A DNA stretch of 64,000 nucleotides, from assembly GCF_009914755.1 (NCBI RefSeq), contig NC_060942.1; one strand, given 5' to 3'. The DNA comes from the human T2T-CHM13v2.0 reference genome, Homo sapiens. The notes below the pieces were generated by a model. It saw only the letters and a program-made list of their open reading frames with translations, did not search any database and was not told the DNA's origin. This document shows, one piece after another, positions 41,171-54,249 of this stretch. How positions within the stretch are numbered: the stretch's first letter is position 1; each line of letters opens with the position of its first letter. The position numbers and the translations under genes are program-made.

Positions 41171-42249
41171 ATCCAGGCATGTATTTAAATATACAGAAAA
41201 AGGCATGGAAAGCTACATATTAAACTATTCACATGCTGCCTCTGGAGAGAAGAACACAATTCAAGAGTGGGAAAAGATAAAAGCTTTATCCTATATCCTT
41301 CTATTTGTTTGGAAGTTTTACTTGTGTAATTTTTTAAATTATGCTTATAAAGAGTTAGAAAAAGAAAAGGGAAATATACTTTGGGGTTAAAGCAAAGAAA
41401 GTTTAAGATTTAGGTACTAGTGAAAGTTAATATATTCTAAATTCTGACACACACAGTAAGAAAATAAAAATAAAACGTTGTCTTGGATTCTACAAAAGAA
41501 TCTGTTCTAGAGGGCAGCAATAGATCGATACCCTCCTCTTCTGAGTCTTTAAGGAGAATACACTTGCCAATTAGACATTTTTACACGTCAGCAACCTTGG
41601 AAACTTCTCCTGGCTATAACCTCTTTATTTTGCTTCGAACTCCTAACTTGGTACTCATTTGCTGAGCTCTTACCCTGGATAGCTCACATTGTTTCATGTG
41701 GTTTTCCAAGGAGGACACTAAAAGCTTCTCTGAGAATGCAGGCAGGCAAAAGAAAAGTTATTTGAATGGGCTCTGCAGTGTAGCAATCTGTCACAGCAAA
41801 GGGGTGAGTCTTGCCGGAATGCATTTCTGCTACTCAAGACACAAACAAGGGAGAGATCACAGAAGGATACACGGAAGTGCCTGTCGGGGAGCTGAAGCGA
41901 GTGGCTTCAGGGAGACAAGACAGAAGACCAAAGGGCTCTCCCAGGACACAGGAAAGCAAAACTTTGAGCAATTTAGTATCAAGACTCCGGGATACAACTG
42001 CAGAAAATAGGCTTTGTGTGTTTGTGTGAGAGAGAGTGTGTGTGTGCGCACGTGTGTGTGCTCACCCATGCATGTGATACTCAAAATTACAACTCCTTCG
42101 GAGCAAAGATATGACACTAAAAGCAGTGAGAAGCAAACAATAGCTACAGCTATAAATTAAGGAGTTCCTATTTCTGTACTAATCACATAGATTTGTTTTT
42201 GCAGACAGCCTGCCTATCAAAGATAGGGATTCTCTGAGTAACATGTTTG

Positions 42250-42800
42250 CAACAGTCTAGTAAATTTTTCTATTTGAATGTCTCTTCATCACCTAAAGAG
42301 TGACAAATCCAAAACCGAACACATCATTGTCTGCTCACAAATATTTTCTCCTCCCAGCCATTCTTCCTGCCTGAGATAGTGACACCCTCTTTTTCTCCAT
42401 CACTCAGGCTTGAGAACTTGGAGTCATTCTTACCTCATCCTTCACCTTCAACTAGTCATCCCCCTCCAATCCTTTTTGGAAGTAGGTAAAACGTAAATCA
42501 CATACAAATAAAAACAGTATTTAATCAGCATATAGTCTATGTAAACCTCTCCATCTTTGTTCCCACTTTCACCCCTGGTCAAGGATCTTATCCCAGAAGT
42601 ATTTATCTGAAGTATTTCCTCAGGAGGCCCCTCCACCCACTGCCTGTCATTTCAGTCCAAACCTTCCATATCTCACTAGCTGGTGAACACAAACACAGCC
42701 ACATTATCATCCCGTGAGCAAATAGTGTTTCCGAGGGCCTTTTAGGTTTGCCTGAGGTTCAAAGGCAGGAAGTCGAAGTCTCCCAAAGCCCCCCTTCCTC
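42250..42800 (+). mobile_element. L2 fragment
   Basis: cactcaggcttgagaacttggagtcattctt L2 text. Confidence 0.6.
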
Positions 42801-43354
42801 ACTTTCTGAGGCCTTGGCTGGCTTAAATATGCCCACACATGGCCCCCAGCCTTCACTCCTGGCCCTACACAGCCCAGGGGCCTGGCAGCTCCTTCCTCTC
42901 AAGAGTGAACTACAAAAGCCTGGGTGCAACACCTAGAGGTCCAGAGACTCTGTGAACACAGGGAGGCAGATCTGGCAGAACCTCCTTCCTCCGTGGGTTT
43001 CTTCCATGTGGGAGTCCTGAGGCCCTCATCCTTAGCCTGGCTGGCATGTCTAGTTTCCTCTCACTGCCTTTCCTTTCCAAGAGGTGGCAAAGCAGGACTG
43101 AGAGCTGACCAGCTGTCCTCTGCAGCTCAGAGACAAAATGAAGTGTGAAACCAAACAAAACCACACTCATCCACAGCAGAGCAAGAGCAACTCAGGCTTG
43201 TGTTGTCTGTGTCCATGCAGCAAGCCCAGACTTTTGCTCCCAGCCCTAACAGAGAGAAAAGGAAAGAAGTGGGGGTGGGAGGGGGTGGGATCAGCAGTGC
43301 CCAGATGCACAGTTCTGTCTACACACAAAAAATCATATTCCCAAATGAAGCTTT

Positions 43355-43650
43355 ACCTCTTCATTTGTTTCTTCTTGCAACAAGTGTTTTTTGAGCACCT
43401 ACTATGTGCCAAGCATGGGACAGACTGACAGAAGCCTGCTGGAGCAGAAGCTCTGGTGTGGAAAATAGACAGTTTTTAAAAATCAAGAAAAATAAGCAAG
43501 GTTGTTTCAGGTAGTGATGAGTCAGAGAGGAAATGAAGCAAGGTGCTGGGATGGAGAGCGCAGGGCCTGCTTAGGTAAGGCAGTCCTGAAGGCCCGTCTC
43601 AGTGGTGACATTGGGGCTGAGCATCAGCTGAACGGAGAAGAGGCTGCCCA
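43355..43650 (-). mobile_element. L2 3' end
   Basis: caacaagtgttttttgagcacctactatgtgccaagca. Confidence 0.75.
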
Positions 43651-43722
43651 GACTGTGCTCCAAGTCAGTGGCAAGCTGACAGTTTTCCCCAATAAAATTG
43701 GGTGGACACATAGCCTCGCATT

Positions 43723-44159
43723 TGTATTAGTTTGCTAGGGACGCCATAACAAAGTAATACTAATAGTTGCTTAAAAGACACAAATGTGTTTTCGCCCAGT
43801 TTTGGAGGCCAGAAATCCAAAATCAAGGTGTCAGTAGGGCCCTGCTCTCTCTGAAGACACTGGGGAAGGATCTGCTCTCGCCTCTCTTCCAGCTCTGACA
43901 GTTTCTTGGCTTAGAACAACATAACTCCAGTGTCCACATGGCATTCTCCCTGTGTGCATGTCTGTGTCCCAATTTCCCCCGTTTATAAGGACACCAGTCA
44001 TATTGGATTAGGGTCCACCCTGTTGTAGTATGACTCACCTGAACTAACTGTATCTGCAACAACTCGATTTCCAAATAAGGTCACATTCTGCAGTACAGGG
44101 GAGGGAGAAGTGTGGATTTCAACAAATAAATCTCAGGGGATGCAATTCAACCCCTAACA
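43723..44159 (-). mobile_element. MaLR solo LTR (MLT1C-like)
   Basis: tgtattagtttgctagg...ttataaggacaccagtcatattggattaggg...caattcaacccctaaca; flanks gcatt / acatt. Confidence 0.9.
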
Positions 44160-44499
44160 ACATTTCTGTAATAAAGGGGTCCATCCAGGATGGGTGGAGG
44201 ACCAGCTTTACCCACAATGATCCAACCTGCTCGTTCAGAGAAGGCTGAGCTTTCCACTCTGTCTCCCCCACATCACAGAGCACAGCACATAATAAATGAA
44301 TGAATACTTGTTGATGGTTGATTAATGATACATTTTACTCTAAAATTTAAAAAGCTTGTGTTATCATGTTGAGATAGTTTGGGATTTGTTTGTGTGCCAG
44401 CAACAGTTCCCGTGCTTAGTAGCTAGGAAAGGTTTAAATCATTTTTGGGTCTGATATGATTAGTTAACTGTTCCCAGAGACCATGTGGAAAAAAATAGC

Positions 44500-44840
44500 T
44501 GGCATCCAACGCTGACCCAGCCCCCTTTGTCTCCCGCCTGGGTCCCAGAGGCAGCAGAGCTGATGAGCTCAGACGAGGTTGGCAGAGGTCACATTTGTTG
44601 AAGATCCGCGAAGAGATACCGGTGAAAGTGCGGCAGCAGAATGCAGCCATCCAGGCCTCCAGGCAGCTCAGCCCCCTCGCCCAGCCTGGGGACACACAGC
44701 TGCCCGCTCCAACCTCAGAGGGGCAAATTCCCCGACATCAGAGAAGCAGCCCTGGGCCACTAAACGGAAACCTGGCTAGCGAGGAAGCAGCTGGTCTTGG
44801 CAAACAAAAAATAATGCCCCAGGCAAAAACAAAGTAAAAG
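44500..44840. promoter_or_regulatory. GC/CpG-enriched unique segment, candidate enhancer, promoter or exon
   Basis: About 12 CpGs in about 280 bp against a CpG-poor background; ETS cores (cggaaa, aggaag), CAGCTG E-boxes, kB-like ggcaaattcccc. Confidence 0.4.
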
Positions 44841-45464
44841 GGAGCCTGGAAAAGCTTCATTCTGAGGAGCCACTCCCTCCCTAACCCAATTTTTAAATCC
44901 AATATAAAATTCTAAGGCTATTCAGAAAACACCGTGGCAAATTCCTTCAGTCTAAATTCTCTGTGATGAGAAATTCCTAGAAGGCTTTTCCTTTCCTTTC
45001 AAAACACTGGACAATTTTCTCCAACAGTATATCTCACATTGTGGCCAGCCATCTTGTTATCTGTTACTCTTTTTGAATGTAACACAGAGAACCACAAGAT
45101 CTTGTGGAATTTCATTTCTGTGTTACATAGAATTGCATTTTGAAGTAGTGTTTATTGTTTTCCTTTTATTTTTATCTCATGAAATAAACTATTCATGACA
45201 AGCTACTTTTCATTGTTAAAATTATATTTATGTATGCACATATAAATATAGCAATCTCTTATGAAATATATGTTTAATTGATTTATTAGTTTCCCACTGT
45301 GCTTAAGAACTCATGAACCTGAAATTAGCTGTGCATAATGGTTCTTCTGATAAGAACAGCGACTCTGCAGATACAAATGAAACAAAGCAAGGTGAAATTT
45401 TCAGAGAAAGATCTAGTCAAGCTGTTTAGAGGTCTAAAGCACACATTTTGTCATTCTTACTGAT

Positions 45465-45690
45465 GACAATAATAATAGCTGAAATTGATTATTGAGTACA
45501 TACTATGTGATAGGCAGTGTGCTATGCCTTTTGTACCTACCTTAATTTAAATCCTTTCAACTCCATTGACAATGATTGCTTAGAATCACTATGTGATTTA
45601 ACCATCATCACAGCTAGTAATTGGGAAGAGTTGGGATTCAGACCCTAGCTCATCTAACTCTAAACCCCAGGCTTAGTTCAATATACTACA
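45465..45690 (-). mobile_element. MIR SINE
   Basis: attgagtacatactatgtgataggcagtgtgct...cacagctagtaattggg...gggattcagaccctag. Confidence 0.7.
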
Positions 45691-47242
45691 TGGATTAAAA
45701 TAGGGACAAACACCATTAAAACATTAATCAAAGCTTGAAAGCTATAGGCAAATATCACTGGTATATTCTTTTAGAAAGTTGATTTATAACAATAACGCTG
45801 TAAAAAAAAGATAGGCAAATTCCAAAGGGTAAACTGAGGCATGTGGCTTTTTAGAACTTACTTTGAAATACAACTGTGGATATATGAAATATCATTTTCA
45901 CTCTTTTGAAGGTAAGTTCTAGAAGCACTGGAGACTTATAATGATAAAAATTACATGATAACCTTTTATGCAACAGGCTTATTGAACACAACATTAGGTG
46001 AGTGATGCTATTCTAAGAAGAACTAGTCATGCTGGGCTAAATTTTCCAAGAATGCAATTTAAGCCCACAGTAAGGTGTATTATAAAATGAATGGGATACC
46101 GTGGTTCAAACACAGCCCTCCGAATGGTCCATCTGTGGACCTTATCTCACCAATTCTCATTAAACAGTGATTTCATTTCTCTCCATCATCACAAGCTCCA
46201 CTCCTGGGCAGTGTTCAGCTGCCTGGCTGGTCTCACGACACATGCAAATATGAATTAAAGGCGACCGCACCACAAGACTGAGGAGAGTTCAGTAATACCC
46301 TTCCCAGTGTGAAGCACAGGGCCCCAGCCATCACAGATGGGAAAAAGAAATTGGTGGTCCCAGCAGGCCCTCTTTTTATTACCCCCTGAGGCCTCATTTG
46401 GAGCATGACTGTCACACACATGCACATGCGCACACACACACACGCACATATACACATGTACATACACATATCTAAACCACTCTACCTCCTCTTTCCATCC
46501 CAAGCACCTGTAAGGTTAAAGATGTGTTTGGACTCTACAAAAATAAAATCCCAAACCTTTACAGATACCTTGTCACAGACTCTCACTGCTCCTCGGTGAT
46601 ACTTGTAAAAGGAGTTATGTTTTCCTTATTATCTATATGGGGAAAGTGGAGTGTGAAATGTAAACATTTGTTTAGAGCTAGAAGGAGAGTCAAAGCCAGA
46701 ATACGGGAATGGAATTCTTCTGTCCTCTGACCTCCTACAACATGGAGTTTTTGTAACTTTCCTATAGCCCTCATTCTTTATCACAACATGATAAAGTTTC
46801 TTGTACATTCGTCTTTTCTCCCTTATGGTACAATAAGCCCTTCAGGGTGGAGAACTATTTCTGGTTCTCACCATATCTAGCAAGGTGCTCTCCAAGATTA
46901 ACTGTGCAAACTCCACATACGTTTATGGATTGTAACAAGAGGGCAAACAAGATACTAACAGTTCTTGTTAGCTGGATGGAGTGGGGGAGCACTGGCAATT
47001 GTGGCAATGGTTGAGCATTAATGGGTTTCCTTTACGATATACACATTTTCCACCAAATCTTCTCACTGCTGGTCACCATGAACGGAAGACAGAAAGCACA
47101 TGAGTGAAAGAGAGAAAATATACACCATGGTGATTTCTAAAGCAGCTAGTGAAGGCTGAAGTAAGGGTGAGTGTGCAAGATAGCCATTGGAAGTACTCAC
47201 CCATTCAGTTCTGGGTGCCCTGTAGCCCTACCAACCAATTAC

Positions 47243-47346
47243 AAAATATATATATTTTATATATATATTTTTTAATATATTATATATTTTATATATATTA
47301 TATATTTTATATTTTATATATTTTTATATATATTATATATATATTC
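47243..47346. repeat. Pure A/T, (TA)-rich low-complexity tract
   Basis: About 104 consecutive A/T bases. Confidence 0.95.
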
Positions 47347-47349
47347 AGC

Positions 47350-48345
47350 TTGAAGGAAATCTCCTGCAAGTCACGTGTCTACTGGCTGAGATTAGTCTGA
47401 CTGTGGCCCAGACAGAGGTCTAAACCAGTCCTGAACTACACAGGGCACAGCCTAGGGCTACCCATGCTTCTCATTCTGTTAAAGACCTGGACTGCAAGTC
47501 TCAAAGGCCAGCCATGTAGTGAGTCATCTGCACTTTCCAGCCCAGCCAAGCCTTGGATGGCCAGAGCCTGAGCCAAGATTACAGGCAGCAAAACTGCCCA
47601 GAGCTCTAACAATCCACAGAATCCTAATAATAAAGTGGTAGTTGTTTTTAAGACACTAACTTATGGCGTGCTTTGTTATATAGCAATAGGTAATGAGAAT
47701 AGGTCATGGATTATTTGTTACATAGAATAGATAATGAGACCGATGCCTAAATAAAACAAGATTTGGGGAGGAGGACAGGGTGTTATGGGGAGGGGTGAGT
47801 GTATTTTGCACGTGGAGGGACATGAATTATTGGCAGCAGGGTGCAAACTAAGGTAATCACTCTTCAAAGATGCCCCCGCCCCCCGCAGTGAATCACGCCT
47901 CCTGTCATTCATGAGTAATATATAGTCCCTTTCCACAGAGAACGTGCGATCCAGAGAATGTGACAGAATCACTTGGAATGGCTTCCAAAGTTATGTCATA
48001 AGCAACCTTGAAGATTTTGTTCTGGGGGAAGCTGTCTAGTGTGTCACAGTCCAACTACCCTGCGACAACATGCTAAGGACAGACCCACGGAAAGAGAAAA
48101 ATGTCTGGTCTGCCCTCCTCCAAGCCAGCCTTCAGCTGCAGTGCCAAACATGGGGGTGAAGAAGCCACTTGAGTCTCCTGCCTTCAACTGATTCCAGCCT
48201 CAGCTGTGTCTAACTTCAATCACATGAGACACTCCTGGCAAGAATCTTTCAGCTGAGTCCAGTCAATCCACAGAATTTGGAGAGATGATATTAAGTTGTT
48301 TTTAAGCCAATAAGTTTTGGGTTTGTTTATTACGCAGCAAAAGGT
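47350..48345 (+). mobile_element. Two MaLR LTR fragments (MLT1G/H-like) at about 47350-47700 and 47815-48345
   Basis: Both end in MLT1 termini (gttgtttttaagacactaa...ttgttatatagcaatagg; gttgttttaagccaataagttttggg...ttattacgcagcaa). Confidence 0.75.
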
Positions 48346-48749
48346 ATTTGTTCAAAATATTAGGTATGTACAATGTGAATATCTCAAACCTTCTGGTTCT
48401 TTTGCATGCAAATATTTTCTGCTTTCAGCAAATGCAAAATTTGGTATGTCCTCTATATGATCAAAATGTCAACAGATCATTCCTATCCAGGTTCAGAGAC
48501 CAAAAAAAAAAAAAAGTAAAGAGAAATCATTAGGCCTTGGACTTCAAGTGCCCACTTACAAGAAATTTCCCCTAGAAACCTTCTGGACTATAAACCCAGC
48601 AAATTAAAGAAGTCCCTAAATTATGTAAAAGACTATGCTGTATTGGAAAGTTGAACCAAAGGAGCAGCTGTGGAAGAACAGTTGCTAGGTTGTGTAAGGA
48701 AAAATAGTGGGCTCGGGAGCCATAGCCAGCAGTGCAGGGAATGGGGTCA

Positions 48750-48766
48750 TGCGCCCCCATGTGGCA
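48750..48766 (-). promoter_or_regulatory. Possible CTCF site
   Basis: Minus strand tgCCACATGGGGGCGCa matches CCASYAGRKGGCRS at 12 of 14 positions. Confidence 0.35.
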
Positions 48767-48949
48767 GCAGAACTGCCTCCCCAGCCAGGCCTTGGTTCTG
48801 TCCAGATTGCTGTCTATCTGTCTGTTACTCAGATGCAGATGCCCTCTCTCGTGGCACCCGCTTATCCCCAATTTTCTCAGACATTTCTGATCTCAGACAT
48901 GCACATCCATCCTAGAATTTCTTACCATATGAGATATCATTCTGTAGCT

Positions 48950-49160
48950 TTGTATGGAGGCATTGTGTAGGCTCTGAAGAGAGATTGACCTGATTTTGAA
49001 ACCCTGCTCTGTCCCTTACTAGCTGTGAGACATGGGTAAGTTATTTCACCTCTCTGAGCCTCAGTTTCCCCATTGATAAAATGAGGATAATAATGGTGCC
49101 TATATGATGGGAATACTGAGACTATTTCATGCACAAAGAGCCTCAAATATTGAACACACT
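48950..49160 (+). mobile_element. MIR SINE
   Basis: cttactagctgtgagacatgggtaagttatttcacctctctgagcctcagtttccccattgataaaatgaggataata. Confidence 0.9.
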
Positions 49161-49163
49161 CAA

Positions 49164-49951
49164 TGCTATGGTCTGAATGCTGGTGGTCCCCAAAATTCAT
49201 ATGTTGAAACCTACTCTCCAATGTGGTAGTATTAAAGGAGGGGACCGTTGGGACGTGATTAGGTCATGCTGGTTCCACTCTCATGAATGGGATTAGTGCT
49301 TCGATGCGACAGGCCTGAGGGACACAGAAAGGTAAATACCGCACATCTTCACTCATATGTGGAAGGTAAATAAGTTGATTCACAGTAGAGAGTAGAATAG
49401 TGGTTACTAGAGGCTGGGAAGGGTAGGGGAAGGCAGGGATAGGGAGAAGTTGGGTAATGGATACAAAATTACAGCTAGATAGAAGGAATGAGTTCTAGCA
49501 TTCTATAGCACTGTAGGGTGACTATAGTTAACAACAATTTACTCTATATTTTCAAATAGCTGGAAGAGAGAATTTTGAATCTCCCCAGTAAGAAGAAATG
49601 ATACTATTTTAGGTGATGGGTAAGCTTATTACCCTAATTTGATCATTATGCAGTGCATACAAGTATTGAAATATCACACTGTAACCAATATATTTGTATA
49701 ATTATGTGTCAACCAAAAATTTTTAACTGTGAAAAAAAAGAGGCCTGAGGGAGCTTGTTGGCCCCTTTCCCCATGTGAGGATACAGCTAGAATCATCATC
49801 TGTGAGAAGTGGGCCCTCACCAGACACGGAATGTACCAGCGCCTTGATCTTGGACTTCCCAGCTTCCAGAACTGTGAGCAATAAATTTCTGTTGTTTATA
49901 AATTACCCAAGCTAAGCCATTTTGTTATCGCAGTCCAAATAACCTAAGACA
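49164..49951 (+). mobile_element. MST (MSTB/D-like) MaLR LTR split by an L1MA
   Basis: tgctatggtctgaatg...ccccaaaattcatatgttgaaacct...aataaatttctgttgtttataaattaccca...ctaagaca. Confidence 0.9.
49323..49740 (+). mobile_element. L1MA 3' end inserted in the MST LTR
   Basis: gtagagagtagaatagtggttactagaggctggg...tacaaaattacagctagatagaaggaatgagttctag; 12-bp TSD aggcctgaggga at 49311-49322 and 49741-49752. Confidence 0.9.
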
Positions 49952-51089
49952 ATTAGGTATTATCTTATTCTTTAGAAATAATGTATATTTTCCTCTCTCT
50001 TCCTCCTCCTAGGAGTTGCACATACTAAACAAATATTGCTGGAAGACACCGAGGCCCCTTTCAGCCTAATTCCCCACAGGATTGTTAGCCTGTGCCTTGG
50101 GAAGATGTAATTATTTTGCAGATAATTCATCCCAAGGGCAGAACCACTAAAGACATCTTCCCCGCCTCACCCCACCCCAGCCCTCCCTCAGCGTCCTGAG
50201 AGGTAGTGAGAAGCCAGAGAGCAAGGGAACAAGAAGCGAGCTCCTGAGCATAGTGAACCAAGGAGGAGATGAAGGACACAGGAAAGGTCCCCAGGAGGGA
50301 TGGGGGAGAAGGGGATGGGAAGAAGGGAGGAGGAAGTCCCTCTGCCTATGGTGAGGGTGCTGGACCAGGGCCCACACTTCTGAGATAAACAGTGGGAGGC
50401 TTAGGCGTGGAACAGAACAGAAAAACCACTCACTTCTCAAGCCCTCCTTGAGGGCTCCACAATGGTTTGGAATACATTACTTAAATCTCAAACACAAGAC
50501 ATCTTGGGTCTTAGAGTGGGCACTTGGCTAGCTAACAGCAAGACCTCTGCAGCCTGGGATATTGGGCTACAGCACAAGGGCATACTGTTATGTTTTCCAC
50601 ACCGTGTAAGTACAAATCAGAAAAAGTCATTTCCAGACCATACATCCTAATTTGCAAGGGTGAGCAGAAATATGCTTTGTGACCTTTTTTGCCCCAGTGA
50701 AGTCAAGCGTCTCCGATGAACATCCTTCTATAGCCTCGTGGTGCCTGGCTAAAGCAGGCGGCACTGCCCCAGGCCAGCCATGCTTGGGGAACCACCCCTG
50801 AACGCCCTGGGAACTCTGCAGAAGCTGTTGGGCAAAAGCTCCCACCTGGTTGTCACCCTTTGCTGGTCACTGCTGCCTTGCATACGTTCTATGGCTTTGC
50901 TCTGCTCCCCCGGGACCTGCAGATTTCTGGTTTACACCCAGATTGGCTGGATGTATTCAGCCTTTTTCTAGGCAATTTTCTCCTGCCTGTGCCATGACAA
51001 TACCCATTCTCCTTTGCCTCCCTAAGCAGCTAGACCCTCACTAGCAAAAAAAGCATAGGGAAAAGCTGTTACACTGAAGTTCCTCCCAT

Positions 51090-51290
51090 TGGGACAGTGA
51101 TTTGGAATCGCCAAGGATTTTCACATTTTCTTTCATTTGATTCTCTCAACAGGTGTTGTTAGCTTTTTTTTTTTTAGATGAGGAAACTAAGGCAAAGAAA
51201 GGTCGAATGACTTGTCCAAGGACATTCATATTGTCCAAGGTCATAGCCAGCAAGTAGCAGAGTAGGACTCAGGCTATAACTGCTGGAGAC
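51090..51290 (-). mobile_element. MIR SINE
   Basis: agatgaggaaactaaggcaaagaaaggtcgaatgacttgtccaagg. Confidence 0.85.
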
Positions 51291-52250
51291 CAATGTCTAG
51301 ATGAGCCACAAACTCCCTCACCCTCCTTTCCACTGGTGCTGCCACTGCCGAGGTTCAGTACATCCTCCTGTCTTGCCAGGGCAATCAATCAGCATGGTGT
51401 CCTCACCGTCTCCTGCAGTATCCCCTGACAATTGCCTGCCAGGACATTCTCCAATTACAGTTATATTATTTCTTTACTTAAAAACTTAGAAGCAGTGACA
51501 CAGCAGCAACAATCACACCCAGTGACCAGATATTGGTTTTTAAATACCATTCTTCAATATATGCAACCAAGCCTCTCTGGAGAAATGGCTGATTCCAGGG
51601 CTGAGACAGGGAAGATACAACATACACAATATGAGCCTGGAGCATCTTGCAATGCCAGAAGGTAAGGAAGTGCACAAAACACACTCAGAGACACCACAGC
51701 CACAATGACAAGGGCAGGTCAAAATGACACAGGAGACAACCTCAAAGAATTCCCAATGGCCAGAGCAAGAATGATTGAAGAAACAAAATAATTAACACTA
51801 GCATTGGTTATAACCCAAAGGATATCCAAAGAATTAAATGACTATCTGTGAGTCCATACTGATATAAATAAATGACTGAATAAATAAATAAGTGAAGAAG
51901 AAAGGACAAATATTCCTTACAGAAGAATTCCAAATAATAAATGTAAAAGAAATAATAAAGAGGAAAATCACTATTAGGACACCACAGTAATGATTGCTTC
52001 AGGCAAGATTCACTGATGAATACTAAAATTAGGAGGTGAAATATTAAGAAGAAACAAGATATCTGCATAGCCTCAAATTATCTCCTCTATAATATTTATT
52101 AATTACTGTGGTTGTTTTAACATATGTCCACCAATTATTTGATACTCCTCTCTCCAGGAAGTGGAGCTTAACACCCCTCCCTTTGAGTGTGGGCTGAATT
52201 TAGTGACTTCTAAAAAACAGAGTAAGAAAAGGGAAAAAGAATATCATCGT

Positions 52251-52526
52251 AGCCGGGTGTGTTGTCTCACACCTGTAATCCCAGCACTTTGGGGGGCCAA
52301 GATAGGCAAATCCTTGAGTCCAGGAGTTCGTGACCAGCCTGGACAACATGGCGAAATTCTGTCTCTACAAAATATAGCAAAAATTAGCTGGGCATGGTGG
52401 TGCACACCTGTAGTGCCAGTTACTCAGGAGGCTGAGGGAAGAGGATCACTTGAGCTCCGGAGGTCGAGGCTGCAGTGAGCCATGATTGGTCCACTATGCT
52501 CCAGCCTGTGTGACAGAGTGAGACCC

Positions 52527-52530
<4 letters not shown>
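52251..52530 (+). mobile_element. AluJ (Jb-like)
   Basis: Dimer with ggaggtcgaggctgcagtgagccatgat. Confidence 0.93.
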
Positions 52531-52605
<75 letters not shown>

Positions 52606-52606
52606 A
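52531..52606. repeat. Compound microsatellite (CT)25(CA)13 in place of the Alu tail
   Basis: Read directly from the sequence. Confidence 0.97.
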
Positions 52607-53023
52607 AACCAGAGTAACATTGTGGTAGAGAAATTTGACAGACATCACCTTAACCAGTGGTCATGGTTCATGTCTCCAATAATAAGTTGTGTTAATTTCA
52701 CGTATCCCCTGATACCATGCACTGACAGGGCAATTCACCTCTGTGGCATTCTTCCCCCAAATCCATAAGCCTGGGCTAATCATGACACAATATCAGATGA
52801 ACCCAAATTGAGGGACATGTTACAAATACCTGACCCAGACTCCTCAAGAGTGTCAAAGTCATGGATAAGAAAAGATTGAGGAATGGCCACAGATTGGAGA
52901 AGAGTAAGGAGATGGGACAGTTAATGCAATGTGAGATTCTGAATTTGATCCTGTAACAGGAAAAGGGCATTCTTGGGGAAACTGACAAAATGTGAATAAA
53001 ATCTTTAGTTTAAAAACAAACAG

Positions 53024-53356
<333 letters not shown>

Positions 53357-53359
53357 CAA

Positions 53360-53930
53360 CTTCCAATGTCTAAACAACAAAGTACAGACTCCTGAGTAGG
53401 GCACACAAGACCCTTCTGAGTGTGACCCGAAACCCCCTCAGCCCCTCTTACCACCTCCTGCGTTGTGCTTTCCTCCCCAGCCATTCCACACCAAAGGAGG
53501 GCCAGGAAACCCCCATCGATCATATCATCTTGTCTCTTACTCTTTCCATATCTCATCCCTCCCACTGGCATGGCTTCTGCCCTCTTCTCCACATGCCTAC
53601 TCACTTGTTTACCTGATCATTATCTTTATAAGGCTCAGTCTGAGAATTGCTTCCTCAATGAATATTACTTTGACCATCCTCATATCCCAGTGGCCAGTCT
53701 TCCTCCCTTCCTGTCTCCCTCTCTTTCATTGACATGGGGAATCTCATACCTACTTTCATCAGCATCTATAACATTTTAGTGCATTTCTGTAAGTGACTGT
53801 CTTCCTTGTCTAGGTAATAAAATTCTTGAGGAAAGTTGATCTCATTCATCTTTTATAGCTTCAGAATTTAGCACACTGAATGAATTAATGAATGAACAAA
53901 TGAATGAATAATGAATGAACAAATAATGAG
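53360..53930 (+). mobile_element. L2 3' end with (AATG)n tail
   Basis: cagaatttagcacactgaatgaattaatgaatgaacaaatgaatgaa. Confidence 0.75.
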
Positions 53931-54249
53931 CAAACTCACACTAGGAATTTATTGTCTAGAAATTCATAGATGTGTAAATTCATCTCAGCTCTGTAGACAT
54001 GTTTGAAGAAAACTTTTGCTCAAAAAATTTCAAAATGCTTTGTGGGAACACATGCATCAATTCTATAAACACACCTTGAGCTCAGCAGAAATACTGACAA
54101 AGAGCCAAGCCTGCCTCAAAGAAGCAAGCCTCACAGAGGGCCGAGGCCCTGGAGCTCACCTCTGGACACTTCATTCCCTGTACTCAGCCAGCTCAATTAA
54201 AATAGCTTTGCACAGAGCTGCACTGGGCCTGCTTTAAATGCACAGCATT

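Larger units (their letters stand above)
51486..53015 (+). mobile_element. L1MC-type 3' region split by AluJ
   Basis: ccagatattggtttttaaataccattct...ggagaaatggctgattccagggctgag; atcagatgaacccaaattgagggacat. Confidence 0.75.
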
